Of a stretch of 64,000 nt of DNA, positions 43,414 to 52,798 are shown piece by piece (position 1 is the first letter of the stretch; each line of letters opens with the position of its first letter). The stretch is from an uncultured delta proteobacterium (GTDB lineage Bacteria > Myxococcota_A > Polyangia > Polyangiales > Polyangiaceae): assembly GCA_963806225.1 (NCBI GenBank), contig CAWDXG010000004.1:1120001-1184000 (forward strand), given 5' to 3'. The notes under the pieces were generated by a model. The model was not told the DNA's origin and searched no databases. It saw only the letters and a list, made by a program, of their open reading frames with translations. A program made the position numbers and the translations under genes.

Positions 43414-44148
43414 TCAGCCGCGGTCGGCGCTGTGGCGCGCCGCCCGGACCCGTCGCGCGACCTCCTCGAGCACCTGGGGGTGGTAGAGCAAGCCGTTGTG
43501 CCCGCACTCGCCGACGACGAGCGTGTCGCCGGCTCCCAGCGCCGCGGATTCAGTGACCAACGCGTCGTCCGAGGCCACGATGGAAAGGTGCGGAAGATGC
43601 GATGCCCGCGCTAGCGATCGGCCGAGCCGCCCCAGCACCTCGCTGCCGGACGCGATGTCCCGCCCAGCACCGCCAGGCGCCAGGCGCGCGTGACGCGTCC
43701 CCGCGAACGGGCTGGCCATCGAGATCGTCTGCACGACCCGCGGATCGCCGCCCAGCTCCTGTACGAACCAGCGCACCACCACGCCGCCGAGGCTGTGACC
43801 GACGAGATGGACACGCGCGCCGTCCGGAAGCTGCGCGACCAGATCCGCAAGCCGCCCCGCGAGCGCCTCGACTCCCGGCCCGGGGGGATAGGTAAACGAC
43901 GCGGTGCGGGCACCGAGCTCACGCTCGATGTGCTCGCGCAACGGCCGGAGCACCCCTGCCGTCGCGAACAGCCCGTGCAGCAGCACCACCACGTCGTGCC
44001 CGGGTGCGAGCGCCGCGGGATAGGCCGGCGAGATGTCGCGGTGCAACAATGTGGCCTGGCGCGCGAACGCCATGGCCTCGCGCGTTGCCACCCTCAGGCT
44101 GCGCAGCCCGTCGTCGAAGAGCTCGAGAGAACCATCTGCCAGCGCCAT
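43414..44148 (-). CDS. Alpha/beta hydrolase (lipase/esterase-like)
   Basis: VLLHGL, LVGHSLGG, ASPFAGT, DALV, CGHNGLL. Confidence 0.85.
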   Translation of the reverse strand: MALADGSLELFDDGLRSLRVATREAMAFARQATLLHRDISPAYPAALAPGHDVVVLLHGLFATAGVLRPLREHIERELGARTASFTYPPGPGVEALAGRLADLVAQLPDGARVHLVGHSLGGVVVRWFVQELGGDPRVVQTISMASPFAGTRHARLAPGGAGRDIASGSEVLGRLGRSLARASHLPHLSIVASDDALVTESAALGAGDTLVVGECGHNGLLYHPQVLEEVARRVRAARHSADRG

Positions 44149-44251
44149 CGGCCTGTATTTGATCTAACCCAGCTTCGCGGCCTATGACAGGTTTCTGCGA
44201 GGATTTCCGGCGCGCCGCGCGAGTGCGTCGGACGCTTCGCAGCGCGCAACC

Positions 44252-44689
44252 ATGGCCAATCTCCGCAATCCCGAGCCGCCCGCGAACGCGTTTACGCATC
44301 GCTTCGACGTACCGCCGAGCGACATCGACATGCTCGGTCACGCGGGCAACGTGAGCTGGGTGCGATGGGTGAACGAGGCAGCGACGGCACACTCGGTGTC
44401 GATCGGTCTCGATCTGGAAGCGTACCGCGCGCTCGGCGTGCTGTGGGTCGTGCGCCGACACGAGATCGACTACCTGGGGCAAGCCTTCGAGGGCGAGACG
44501 CTCGAGGTGCTCACCTGGGTGGAGACGCTGCGCGGCGCGACCTCGCTCCGGCGCACGCTGTTCCGACGCGCCACCGACGCCGGCTTGCTGTGCCGCGCCG
44601 CAACCACCTGGGTGCTGCTCGACATCGCCAGCGGCCGGCCGCGACGCATTCCGCGCGAGCTGCTCGAACGCTACGGGTTTTCGGGATAG
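44252..44689 (+). CDS. Acyl-CoA thioesterase (4HBT/YbgC hot-dog)
   Basis: DIDMLGHAGNVSWVRW, VVRRHEIDYL, GRPRRIP. Confidence 0.88.
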   Translation: MANLRNPEPPANAFTHRFDVPPSDIDMLGHAGNVSWVRWVNEAATAHSVSIGLDLEAYRALGVLWVVRRHEIDYLGQAFEGETLEVLTWVETLRGATSLRRTLFRRATDAGLLCRAATTWVLLDIASGRPRRIPRELLERYGFSG

Positions 44690-44705
44690 CGCTACCCGCC
44701 GCACC

Positions 44706-45376
44706 TCACAGGCATGCGGAGACGGCGGGGTTGCCGCACGCGGTGACCGAGCCAGACAGCCACCGGGCGCAGCAACCGCTGGTGCAGTCGGAGTTCGAGT
44801 AGCAGGTGGCCACGCACTTGGACGGAGCGTTGTTGCCGTCGAAGTGGACACACAAAGCACCGCCTGGCGCCTGCGGGTCGAGCGGGTTGTAGCCGCAGCA
44901 ATCAGCCTGGATGTTGCACGCAGCGTCGATGTCGCTGCAAATCCCGATTCGGCCTCAGCCTCCGCCTCCGCTGCCGCCGGAGCTGCCGTCCTCGCACAAC
45001 CAGTGATCGGTCATGACCGGGTGCGCGTTCGGGCCACACGTCGGGTATTTCTCCCCTTCGCAGATGTTGAAGCCGAAGTCGCATTCGACCTGGTTCGTCC
45101 CGCAGCCGCCCGTGCAGGAGCAGACGTAGCCCTTGCTGTCCTGCGTGAGCGAACAGTCGGTGACGTGCTCCCAGTTGCCGTCGATGACTGCATCAGCTCG
45201 TAGTCGCCCGCGCAGTCGTAGGCGCCGTTCGGGGCTTGCGACGTGCAGTTGCCATGCCAGGGACAGGTTCCACGGGTGGTCGCGCTTCGTCCTCCCGATC
45301 CCCCGGAGCTACCGCCACCGCTGCTGCACGCCAGGGGAAGGACCACCGCGAGCCAAGCGAACCTGTGGAGCCTCAT
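44706..45376 (-). CDS. Cys-rich lipoprotein, interrupted (frameshift near 45188, in-frame TGA 44955-44957)
   Basis: Lipobox PLAC, Gly linker, Cys-rich modules read manually through ..CSDIDAACNIQADCC..CYSNSDCTSGCC..ACL-TGA. Confidence 0.55.
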
Positions 45377-45477
45377 GAGCCCGCCTCCTCCGGCAGGATA
45401 CGCCAACCAGAACGAGGGATCCATCGCAAGAGATTCCGCGTGGACCCCGCGATGACGGGGGTCAATCGCGCAGCCGC

Positions 45478-46056
45478 TCAGCCCGCGAGATCGGCCGCCA
45501 GGCTCTCGCGGGTCGCTTTCGACAGGTCCACCTCCACCTTGTATGCGGGGTGGTCGACGCCGAGGCGCAGCGTGCCTTCGCCGGATTCGATCGCGCGGCG
45601 CGCGGCAGCGGAGAGCGGGAACTTCACGTACTGCACTGCCGTCGTACGATCGGTCCGCTCGCCGCGCTTCTCGCCCTGGGCCGGGAGGCGCTCTTCGCCG
45701 GTGGTGACGTAGAAGCAGCGCTCCACGCCAGCCAGGGCGGCCAGCATGCGGTCGCGCTCCTCGGTGTCCGGATATTCGATGAAGACCGTCGCGGACAGCT
45801 CGTCTTCGCCAGGAACGAGCTGGTTGTACGTCTCGATCTCGTGCTGCACGGCCTTGTCGGCGCTGATGCGCTCGGTGCGGAGCATCTCCTGGATCTGGAA
45901 CAGCACCGTGTCGTGGTTCTCGAACAGCACGGTCATGTGACCGCCGAGCGCCACGCGCCGCGCGCGCTTGTCCTCGATCACCCGGCTACGGAAACGCTCG
46001 CGGATCTGCTCGTACTCGCCCAGGCCAAGGATTTCGCTGCGGTCGACAGGCTTCAT
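45478..46056 (-). CDS. DUF3501 family protein
   Basis: YEQIRERFR, LFENHDTVLFQIQEMLRTE, YNQLVP, LSATVFIE, TAVQYVKF, DHPAY. Confidence 0.88.
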   Translation of the reverse strand: MKPVDRSEILGLGEYEQIRERFRSRVIEDKRARRVALGGHMTVLFENHDTVLFQIQEMLRTERISADKAVQHEIETYNQLVPGEDELSATVFIEYPDTEERDRMLAALAGVERCFYVTTGEERLPAQGEKRGERTDRTTAVQYVKFPLSAAARRAIESGEGTLRLGVDHPAYKVEVDLSKATRESLAADLAG

Positions 46057-46090
46057 GATTCGCTGAACGTGTGTCGCTTGGGCCGGCGAT

Positions 46091-47422
46091 TCAAGGGCCC
46101 AGACCGTACGCCTCGGCCAGCGCCTGCACCGGATGCAGCATCTCCAGGCCGTTTTCCTTCTTCACGCGCAGCGCGGCGAGATTGCAGTCACCGACCACGC
46201 GCGTCTCGCCCTCCTCCTGGCCACTGCGGATCGCCCGGGCGAGCTTTTTCCCGTAGCGCGCGCCTTCCTCGTAGTAGGCGGCTTTCATCCCCCATGTGCC
46301 GTCCACCGCGGAGCAGCGCTCGATGATGCGCACCTCGGTGTCCGGTAGCTGCGACAGCACGCGCGCGCCCGGCACGGCGATCTTCTGCGCGCGGAGGTGG
46401 CACGCGGCATGGTACGCCACCTTGCCAAGCCCCTTTACGAAGTCGCGATTGAGCTTCTTGTGGCGGCGGAGCTCGTCCAGAAGCTGCATCAGGTCGACGG
46501 TCGCAGCCGCCACTTCTGCCGCTTCCTCTGTCCCGAGATACAGCGGCCACTCGTTCTTCATCGTGTAGCCGCAGGTCGGACCGGGCACCACGACCCTGAG
46601 CCCGCGACGCACGTAGGGCAGGAGCAGGTCGACGTTGTGCTGCATCTTGCGCTTTGCGGCATCCACGTCGCCGCCGTCGAGGTTCGGCATGCCGCAGCAG
46701 GTGAGCGCCATGGGCAGCTCGACACCGAGGCCATTCTTTTCCAGCACGCGGACCGCCGCGCGCGGCACATCGGGGAAATTGTGCTCGCCGTAGCAGGTTG
46801 GAAACAGCACCACCTCGCCCTGCTCTCCCGCTCCCTCCCCCGGCGTGTGCCGGTCGAACCAGTGCGAGAAGGTCTGGCTCGCCATCGGCGGCAGCGGGAA
46901 CTCGGCCGAGATGCCGCTGACCTTCTCGGTGAACTTTCGGATCAGGCGCTTCTCGTTGACCAGATTGGCGAGCTTGGCCTGCGGCCCTGCGCCCAGCGCA
47001 CCGATGATCTGGGGCTCGCCCAGGATGCGGTCGACCAGCGGCACGCCGTCGCGGCGCGCGCGCTGCGCCTTCTCGCGGGCCATGAGCCGCGGGAAGTCGA
47101 GCAGCTCCGACGCGCCCTCGTCGGCGGTGTAGGGGCACTTGATGAAGCAGAGCTTGCACTGCCAGCAGTGGTCAGCGACCTCGCGGAAGGTGCCGGCGTC
47201 GAGCAGCTCCACGCTGTGCGCGCGGCCCGCCTCCACGTCCTTGTCGACTGCGTCGAACAAGAGCGGAAACGAGCCGCAGTACGTGACGCACATGCGGCAA
47301 TCGCTGCAGACGTGGAACGTCCTGAGCAGCTCGCCTTCGAGATCTCGCGGATCCCAGTAGCGCGGATCGTTGGGATCGTAGGCCGGCGGACGCTCTGGAT
47401 TACGTGCGAAAACCTTCTTCAT
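46091..47422 (-). CDS. Fe-S oxidoreductase with CCG domains (rubrerythrin-associated, GlpC/HdrD-like)
   Basis: CSDCRMCVTYC, CWQCKLCFIKCPY, CCGMP, YHAACHLRAQ, RCSAVDGTWG. Confidence 0.88.
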   Translation of the reverse strand: MKKVFARNPERPPAYDPNDPRYWDPRDLEGELLRTFHVCSDCRMCVTYCGSFPLLFDAVDKDVEAGRAHSVELLDAGTFREVADHCWQCKLCFIKCPYTADEGASELLDFPRLMAREKAQRARRDGVPLVDRILGEPQIIGALGAGPQAKLANLVNEKRLIRKFTEKVSGISAEFPLPPMASQTFSHWFDRHTPGEGAGEQGEVVLFPTCYGEHNFPDVPRAAVRVLEKNGLGVELPMALTCCGMPNLDGGDVDAAKRKMQHNVDLLLPYVRRGLRVVVPGPTCGYTMKNEWPLYLGTEEAAEVAAATVDLMQLLDELRRHKKLNRDFVKGLGKVAYHAACHLRAQKIAVPGARVLSQLPDTEVRIIERCSAVDGTWGMKAAYYEEGARYGKKLARAIRSGQEEGETRVVGDCNLAALRVKKENGLEMLHPVQALAEAYGLGP

Positions 47423-47508
47423 CGGCCACCTCTGGCCCCAAGGACAAAAGCCACCGCTCGCGCACGCGGCGCAAGCGGTGGCCCTGGTCGCTTGTGGGCG
47501 TCGCGAGG

Positions 47509-47934
47509 CTAGAGCGTCTCGAGCCCCTTCGATGCCTTCGCGAAGCGACCGGCATGCGACTTCTCGGCCTTGGCGAGCGTCTCGAACCACTCGGCAATCT
47601 CGTCGAAGCCCTCGTCACGGGCGGTCTTCGCCATGCCGGGGTACATCGTCTCGTACTCGTAGGTCTCGCCGGCGACGGCCGAGTCGAGGTTCTTCTGCGT
47701 GTTGCCGATCGGCTTGCCCGTGGCGGGGTCCCCCACCTGCTTCAGGAAGTCCAGGTGACCGTGGGCGTGGCCCGTCTCGCCATCCGCGGTGTCCTTGAAC
47801 AGGCCCGCAACTTCCGGATAGCCCTCCACGTCCGCCTGCTTCGCGAAGTACAGATAGCGGCGGTTCGCCTGGGACTCACCGGCGAAGGCTTCCTTGAGGT
47901 TGTCGTGGGTCTTGGTTCCGTCGAGCTTGGCCAT
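47509..47934 (-). CDS. Rubrerythrin without rubredoxin domain
   Basis: [48 protein letters not shown]. Confidence 0.93.
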   Translation of the reverse strand: MAKLDGTKTHDNLKEAFAGESQANRRYLYFAKQADVEGYPEVAGLFKDTADGETGHAHGHLDFLKQVGDPATGKPIGNTQKNLDSAVAGETYEYETMYPGMAKTARDEGFDEIAEWFETLAKAEKSHAGRFAKASKGLETL

Positions 47935-47979
47935 GAATATCCTCCGAAAAGCGCGTTCTTGTTGCGCGCTGGGGTCAGG

Positions 47980-48007
47980 AACATAGAGGTTTGTGCGTTC
48001 GGGTCAA
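47980..48007 (-). promoter_or_regulatory. Putative sigma70 promoter of the rubrerythrin operon
   Basis: TTGACC-N16-TATGTT on the minus strand, 45 nt upstream of the ATG. Confidence 0.45.
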
Positions 48008-48096
48008 CCCGCTCCGCCCCGCCGGGCTTCCCTCCCGCGCCCGGAAACATACTCCCTTGTCACGCCGTCCGGCACCCCCTGGTCGTCGTGCCGACC

Positions 48097-49095
48097 TCAG
48101 GCCGGCTCCGCCAGCAGCGCCGCCAGGCCCTGGGCGCCGATGACGGCGTAGTTCCGGACGCAGTTGTTGAACACGGCGTGGACGCTCTCCGCCTCCGACG
48201 CCAGGCGTCGCACCGGCTCGACCCAGGCGCGCAGCTCCTCGGGCGAGTACAGATAGTTGAACCGTTCGTGGACGCCGGCCCCGCGTCGCCAGGCTCCGGC
48301 GTTCTGGCCGTGGAAGCGCACCAGCGAAAGCTCCGGGCGGGTCACGGCCGCGATCGGCGGCACGCCGCCGATGCGCGTGTCCGGCTCGTCGACACAGACG
48401 TAGGCGAGCCGATGCCGCCTGAGGAGCTCGAACACCCGCTCCCGGCGGTCCTCGGCCAGCCAGCTCCGGTGGCGGAACTCCACCGACAGCGGCACGTCGC
48501 TCCAACGCTCGGCGAGCTGTTCGATGCGCCGCGCGTTGCCCCGGGTCGCCGAGAACCACGGCGGGAACTGCAGCATCACGCAGCCGAGCTTTCCGGCGTG
48601 CAGCAGCGGCTCGACCAGCGCGCGGAAACGCGCCTCGATCTCGCCGGCCACCTCGGGCGGCATCCGGTCGGCGTACATCCGCTGCTTGTCTTCCGGCAGA
48701 AGCTCCGCCAGATCACGCGGCAACCGCGCCACGTCGATGGGGTGCCCCGTCAGCACCGGGTGCGCCTTCACGTCGAACACGAAGCCCGGCCCGGTCCACT
48801 CCACCCAGTGCTCTGCAGTCGCCGGCGGCAAGAGCGTGTAGTACGTCGCGTCCACCTCGACGAGACTGAAGTGCCCGGCGTAGTGCGACAGTCGCGCCTG
48901 GGCGCTCATGCTCGCCTTCGGATAGAACAGCCCGCTCGAGACCAGCGTGCGATCCGTCCAGCCCGCAGTTCCGGCGCGCACGCGGCCCACGGCGGCGAGC
49001 TCGGGCGCGCGCCCGGCCAGCGCCGCCGCCTCGGCATAGCGCTCCGGATCGGGCTCCGGGATGGCCACGCCGCGTTTCGCACCGGGCTCAGCCAT
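48097..49095 (-). CDS. DUF72 (YecE-like TIM barrel) protein
   Basis: GTAGWTD, VEVDATYY, LQFPPWF, VEFRHRSW, VCVDEP, RFHG, RFNYLYS, VFNN. Confidence 0.92.
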   Translation of the reverse strand: MAEPGAKRGVAIPEPDPERYAEAAALAGRAPELAAVGRVRAGTAGWTDRTLVSSGLFYPKASMSAQARLSHYAGHFSLVEVDATYYTLLPPATAEHWVEWTGPGFVFDVKAHPVLTGHPIDVARLPRDLAELLPEDKQRMYADRMPPEVAGEIEARFRALVEPLLHAGKLGCVMLQFPPWFSATRGNARRIEQLAERWSDVPLSVEFRHRSWLAEDRRERVFELLRRHRLAYVCVDEPDTRIGGVPPIAAVTRPELSLVRFHGQNAGAWRRGAGVHERFNYLYSPEELRAWVEPVRRLASEAESVHAVFNNCVRNYAVIGAQGLAALLAEPA

Positions 49096-50059
49096 CGCGC
49101 GGCTCCGCCAGCCGCTCGGCGAGCGCGCGGATCGTCAGCGGGCTCGAGCCCTCCGCCTTGTTGTTCACGATCACGAACAGCACCTTGCCCAGAAGCGCGC
49201 AGGCCTCGCAGAGCCGCACTACGTCGGCGCGCATCTGTTCCTGCGGATCGACGATGCGATCGAACGGCGCGAGATCGCGCTTGCGATCCGCGTAGCGCTC
49301 TCCCGGCGGGATCAGCAGCCGCGACACCACGAACGGCGCCGTGAGCACGTCAGGCGCATCGAGCTGCTCGCCGATCGACGGCATGCGCTCCCAGAACGAC
49401 AGCACATGCCCGACGCCCCGGCTGCCGAGCACGTCGAGATAGGCATGCGTGAACAGCTCGCGGTTCCTGAGCTCGACGGCGTACGAGAACCCGCCGGGCA
49501 ACGCCGCCAGGAAAGCGTCGAGCTTCTTCTCGAACACGCCGGGGCGCGGCAGCTCGCGGCGCCGGAGGGGCGAGAGCTCGAACACGAACGGGCCTGCATG
49601 CTCGGCGAAGTGCTCGGCCATCGGGCGCAACACGCTGGACTCGAACAGCGCCGCGTCGAAAAAGCCGGGGTTCGGCTCGCGCGTGCGCGGGTCCACGGCT
49701 GCGGTGACGCCGCTCCACACCTTGGACACGCACGGGAAGCCCGGCGGAAGCCCGGCCGCGTAGCGCTCCAGCGTCGGCGCATCCAGCGGGCGGTAGAACG
49801 AGCGGTCGATGCCCACGGTGCGAAACAGCGGATGGCGCGCATACAGCTCGAGGCCCCGCTCCTTGAGCTCGCGCTCCGACGGACGCCCCGGGTAGACGAT
49901 CCCCGCCCAGCCCGGGAAGGTCCACGACGACGTTCCGAAGCGCACGTGGGGAGGCAGCCGCTCCGCCAATGCCCGCAGCGCCGGCTCATCGGCCGGCGAG
50001 AGCTTGTCCGCCGGTTCGACCCCGGCCGGCGCAAAGAGATCCAGCTGTCGACCGCCCAC
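49088..50059 (-). CDS. DUF72 protein, second paralog, with N-terminal QLDLF
   Basis: FGTSSWTFPGW, VGIDRSFY, YAVELRN, VIVNNKAEGSSPLT. Confidence 0.88.
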   Translation of the reverse strand: MGGRQLDLFAPAGVEPADKLSPADEPALRALAERLPPHVRFGTSSWTFPGWAGIVYPGRPSERELKERGLELYARHPLFRTVGIDRSFYRPLDAPTLERYAAGLPPGFPCVSKVWSGVTAAVDPRTREPNPGFFDAALFESSVLRPMAEHFAEHAGPFVFELSPLRRRELPRPGVFEKKLDAFLAALPGGFSYAVELRNRELFTHAYLDVLGSRGVGHVLSFWERMPSIGEQLDAPDVLTAPFVVSRLLIPPGERYADRKRDLAPFDRIVDPQEQMRADVVRLCEACALLGKVLFVIVNNKAEGSSPLTIRALAERLAEPRDG

Positions 50060-50106
50060 GCTTCCCGCATAGCCCGCGACCGCGGCGCCGACCAGCGGCG
50101 GCAAGG

Positions 50107-50124
50107 TATTTCGTATACGAAATA
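50107..50124. promoter_or_regulatory. Perfect 18-bp palindrome, putative operator
   Basis: TATTTCGTATACGAAATA is its own reverse complement; lies between divergent starts 50059 and 50162. Confidence 0.7.
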
Positions 50125-50161
50125 TCTCCGTCCTGTATCCTCGGGGAAGAGGAGGAGCGGC

Positions 50162-52789
50162 ATGCGAAGGAGTTCCCTGTTGTCCGCGGGCCTGCTTCTG
50201 CTGTGGAGCGCGGGAGCCCGGGCCCAGACGCGGATCGACGGCATCGAGCACCTGTTCGGGGCGTCCAACACCAACGCCGTCGCCGGACACGGCGCGCTCA
50301 CGGCCGGCATCAGCGCCGATGGCGACCTCACGGTGCTGTCCTGGCCCAGCCCGAGCTACTACGACCAGCTGGCGTACATCGCGTCCAACGATCTCGACGT
50401 GCGCAGCGAGCCGCACCTCGGCGCGCTCGACGGCATGGGATCGTACATTGGTCTGATCGTCGACGACGGCACCGGTCCAGCGCTCAGCTGGCTGCGCGAC
50501 GCGAAGTGGACGCACACGCAGGGCTACACCAGGGACGACGCGCCGGTGCCCGTCACGACCTTCACGCGCAGCGACCTGGGCCTGACGGTGACGCTGACCG
50601 ACATTGTCTCGCCGGACGCGGACGTGCTGACGCGCGACGTGAAGGTCGGAAAGAGCGCCACCTCGACGGTCACGAGCGTTTCGCTCGCCGTCTACGAGAA
50701 CCTCTCCCCCACCCTGTCGCAGATCGAACAGCTGCCCGTCGCCGACTGGGCGCTCGACTCGCGCAACGATTTCTTTGCCCTGTACGACAAGCAGAGTGGG
50801 CAGATCATCCACTTCCACCCGGACGATCGCGCGGTGATCAATGCGCTACTCGGTGCAACCCTGGACCTTTCCAAGGTCGACTACGGCCCGATGGAAGCGC
50901 TGATGAAGAGCACGCCCAGCGACGCCGAGGTCGACGCACAGATCGCGTCGCTCGACAGCGACGAAAAGCCGGGCGTCGCGGCCATCATCACGACCGAGCC
51001 GGCGCCGTCACAGTTCCAGGTGGGCAGCGACGCCACCAAGATCTGCACCCAGGTCAACCACCTCGTCGACAACATCCTGAAGCTGCCCCAGGTCTTCCCC
51101 GGCGCGGTGCTGCCGATCGACCCGAGCGTGGCCAATGCCTTGAAGTGCACCGACCAGCTCGCGAAGATCCGGAGTGCCCGGGGCTGGTCCTTGCAGCCGC
51201 AGGATGCGCTTTCGGACCTCGCGGATCGGACCCTCTCGGGCTCCCGTGTAGCAGCTGGTCAGACCAACGGCGCGCTGATCGCTCCGTTGACGTTCCAGGG
51301 CGCCACCGCGGAGGGCAGCGTCGACTTCGCCTTCGGCAGCACGCTCGCCGAGGCTCGCAAGGCGCTGTCCACGGCCGAGCAGAATCCGCCCATGGCGCGC
51401 CAGAAGGCCGCCGAGGACGCGGCCGACGCCGTGCTCGGCAAGGCGCGCCTGCCGGACAAGTCGCTCGGCACCCAGGTGGTGCGCATCGCCGAGCGCGCAC
51501 TGGTCAACGTGTACGTCGCGCGCGATCGCAAGACCGGCGCCATCTGCGCCAGCATCGCGCGCCAGCCTCCGTACTATCTCGACTGGCCGCGCGACGGCGC
51601 GTTCTTCGACGCGGCGCTCGACGTGGCCGGGCTCGACGACTGGGTGACGCAGCGCACCGAGTGGTACGCCGGCCTTCTGCGCGCAGCGCCCACGCGAGGC
51701 AACCTGCTGCTCACTCCCAACGTGCCCACCGACCCGACCACGGGCGAGCAGAAGTTCCCCGGCGACGCCTGGGAGATGAACTACTTCGCCGACGGCACCA
51801 CCGGCGGCCCCATCCGCTTCGAGATCGACAACACGGGGCTGCACATCTGGTCGTTGGCGCTGCACGCCGCCACGCTGGATGCTTCGGCACGGAAAGCGTA
51901 CGTCGACAAGATCTGGCCTTCGGCGAAGCGCGCGCTCGACCTCCTGGACCGCTGGACCCTGAAGGGCAGCGCCCTGCCCGCTCCGGCGAACGAGGACGAC
52001 CACACCGAGCTCACCAGCGAGCTGCAGGGCGCGATCGCCGTGTACTCGGCGATGGCCGCCGGCTCGCGCCTGGCGAAGCTCGAGGGCGACAGCGCCGACT
52101 ACAAGCGCTACCAGAAGCACGCCGCGGCGCTCGGCGACGCGATCATGAAGACGTACTACCTGCCCGATCAGCAGCGCTTCCGCGACCTGAAGGCGGACAA
52201 GAACCCCAGCGCCGGCAAGGGCACCGTGGCGTGGACCATCTGGCCGGGACGGCTGCTCGCGGCGGACGACCCGCGCCTGGAGGTGCAGCTCGACGCGGAC
52301 ATGGACGCCATCATCGCCAAGCTGTCGGGCAAGGACGGCGAAGGCGCAAGCTACACGGCCAAGAACATCGTCTCGGCCGCGCTCTACGGCAAGCCGGGCG
52401 GCTCGCACGACAAGGCCAAGCAGGCGCTCGACCTGCTCGCCAACGTGGCCACACCCGACACGCTCCAGTTCGGCGAGGCGCAGGTCATCACCTCCAAGCC
52501 CGGACAGCCACTGACCTGGTCGAACCGCGTCGCGCCGCCGCACGTGTGGCAGGGGATCCTGTTCTATCTCTCGGCGATGGCCCTCAGCCAGCCCGACCTG
52601 TTCGACAAGGACCAGACCACCTGGCCGCTGCCCACGGACGGCACGGCTGGCCAGAGCACGACGGTCGAGGCCGCCGGTGGCGGCTGCGGCTGCCACATGG
52701 CAAGCGGGAACGCGCCGTTGGACGGCGCAACGCTCGCGCTGTTCGGGCTGGTTGCGCTGGGCTGGCGGCGGCGACAGCGCTCTGCGTAG
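50162..52789 (+). CDS. Exported GH15-like six-hairpin glycosidase with MYXO-CTERM
   Basis: Signal peptide ARA-Q; TGAICAS..YYLDWPRDGAF, FEIDNTG, QFGE; C-terminal GGGCGC-hydrophobic-RRR. Confidence 0.7.
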   Translation: MRRSSLLSAGLLLLWSAGARAQTRIDGIEHLFGASNTNAVAGHGALTAGISADGDLTVLSWPSPSYYDQLAYIASNDLDVRSEPHLGALDGMGSYIGLIVDDGTGPALSWLRDAKWTHTQGYTRDDAPVPVTTFTRSDLGLTVTLTDIVSPDADVLTRDVKVGKSATSTVTSVSLAVYENLSPTLSQIEQLPVADWALDSRNDFFALYDKQSGQIIHFHPDDRAVINALLGATLDLSKVDYGPMEALMKSTPSDAEVDAQIASLDSDEKPGVAAIITTEPAPSQFQVGSDATKICTQVNHLVDNILKLPQVFPGAVLPIDPSVANALKCTDQLAKIRSARGWSLQPQDALSDLADRTLSGSRVAAGQTNGALIAPLTFQGATAEGSVDFAFGSTLAEARKALSTAEQNPPMARQKAAEDAADAVLGKARLPDKSLGTQVVRIAERALVNVYVARDRKTGAICASIARQPPYYLDWPRDGAFFDAALDVAGLDDWVTQRTEWYAGLLRAAPTRGNLLLTPNVPTDPTTGEQKFPGDAWEMNYFADGTTGGPIRFEIDNTGLHIWSLALHAATLDASARKAYVDKIWPSAKRALDLLDRWTLKGSALPAPANEDDHTELTSELQGAIAVYSAMAAGSRLAKLEGDSADYKRYQKHAAALGDAIMKTYYLPDQQRFRDLKADKNPSAGKGTVAWTIWPGRLLAADDPRLEVQLDADMDAIIAKLSGKDGEGASYTAKNIVSAALYGKPGGSHDKAKQALDLLANVATPDTLQFGEAQVITSKPGQPLTWSNRVAPPHVWQGILFYLSAMALSQPDLFDKDQTTWPLPTDGTAGQSTTVEAAGGGCGCHMASGNAPLDGATLALFGLVALGWRRRQRSA

Positions 52790-52798
52790 CAGCCAGCC

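Noticed and set aside
50107..50124. Similarity to loxP arms (TTCGTATA/TATACGAA)
   Set aside because: No 8-bp spacer, outer arm bases differ, no recombinase nearby; an operator is more plausible
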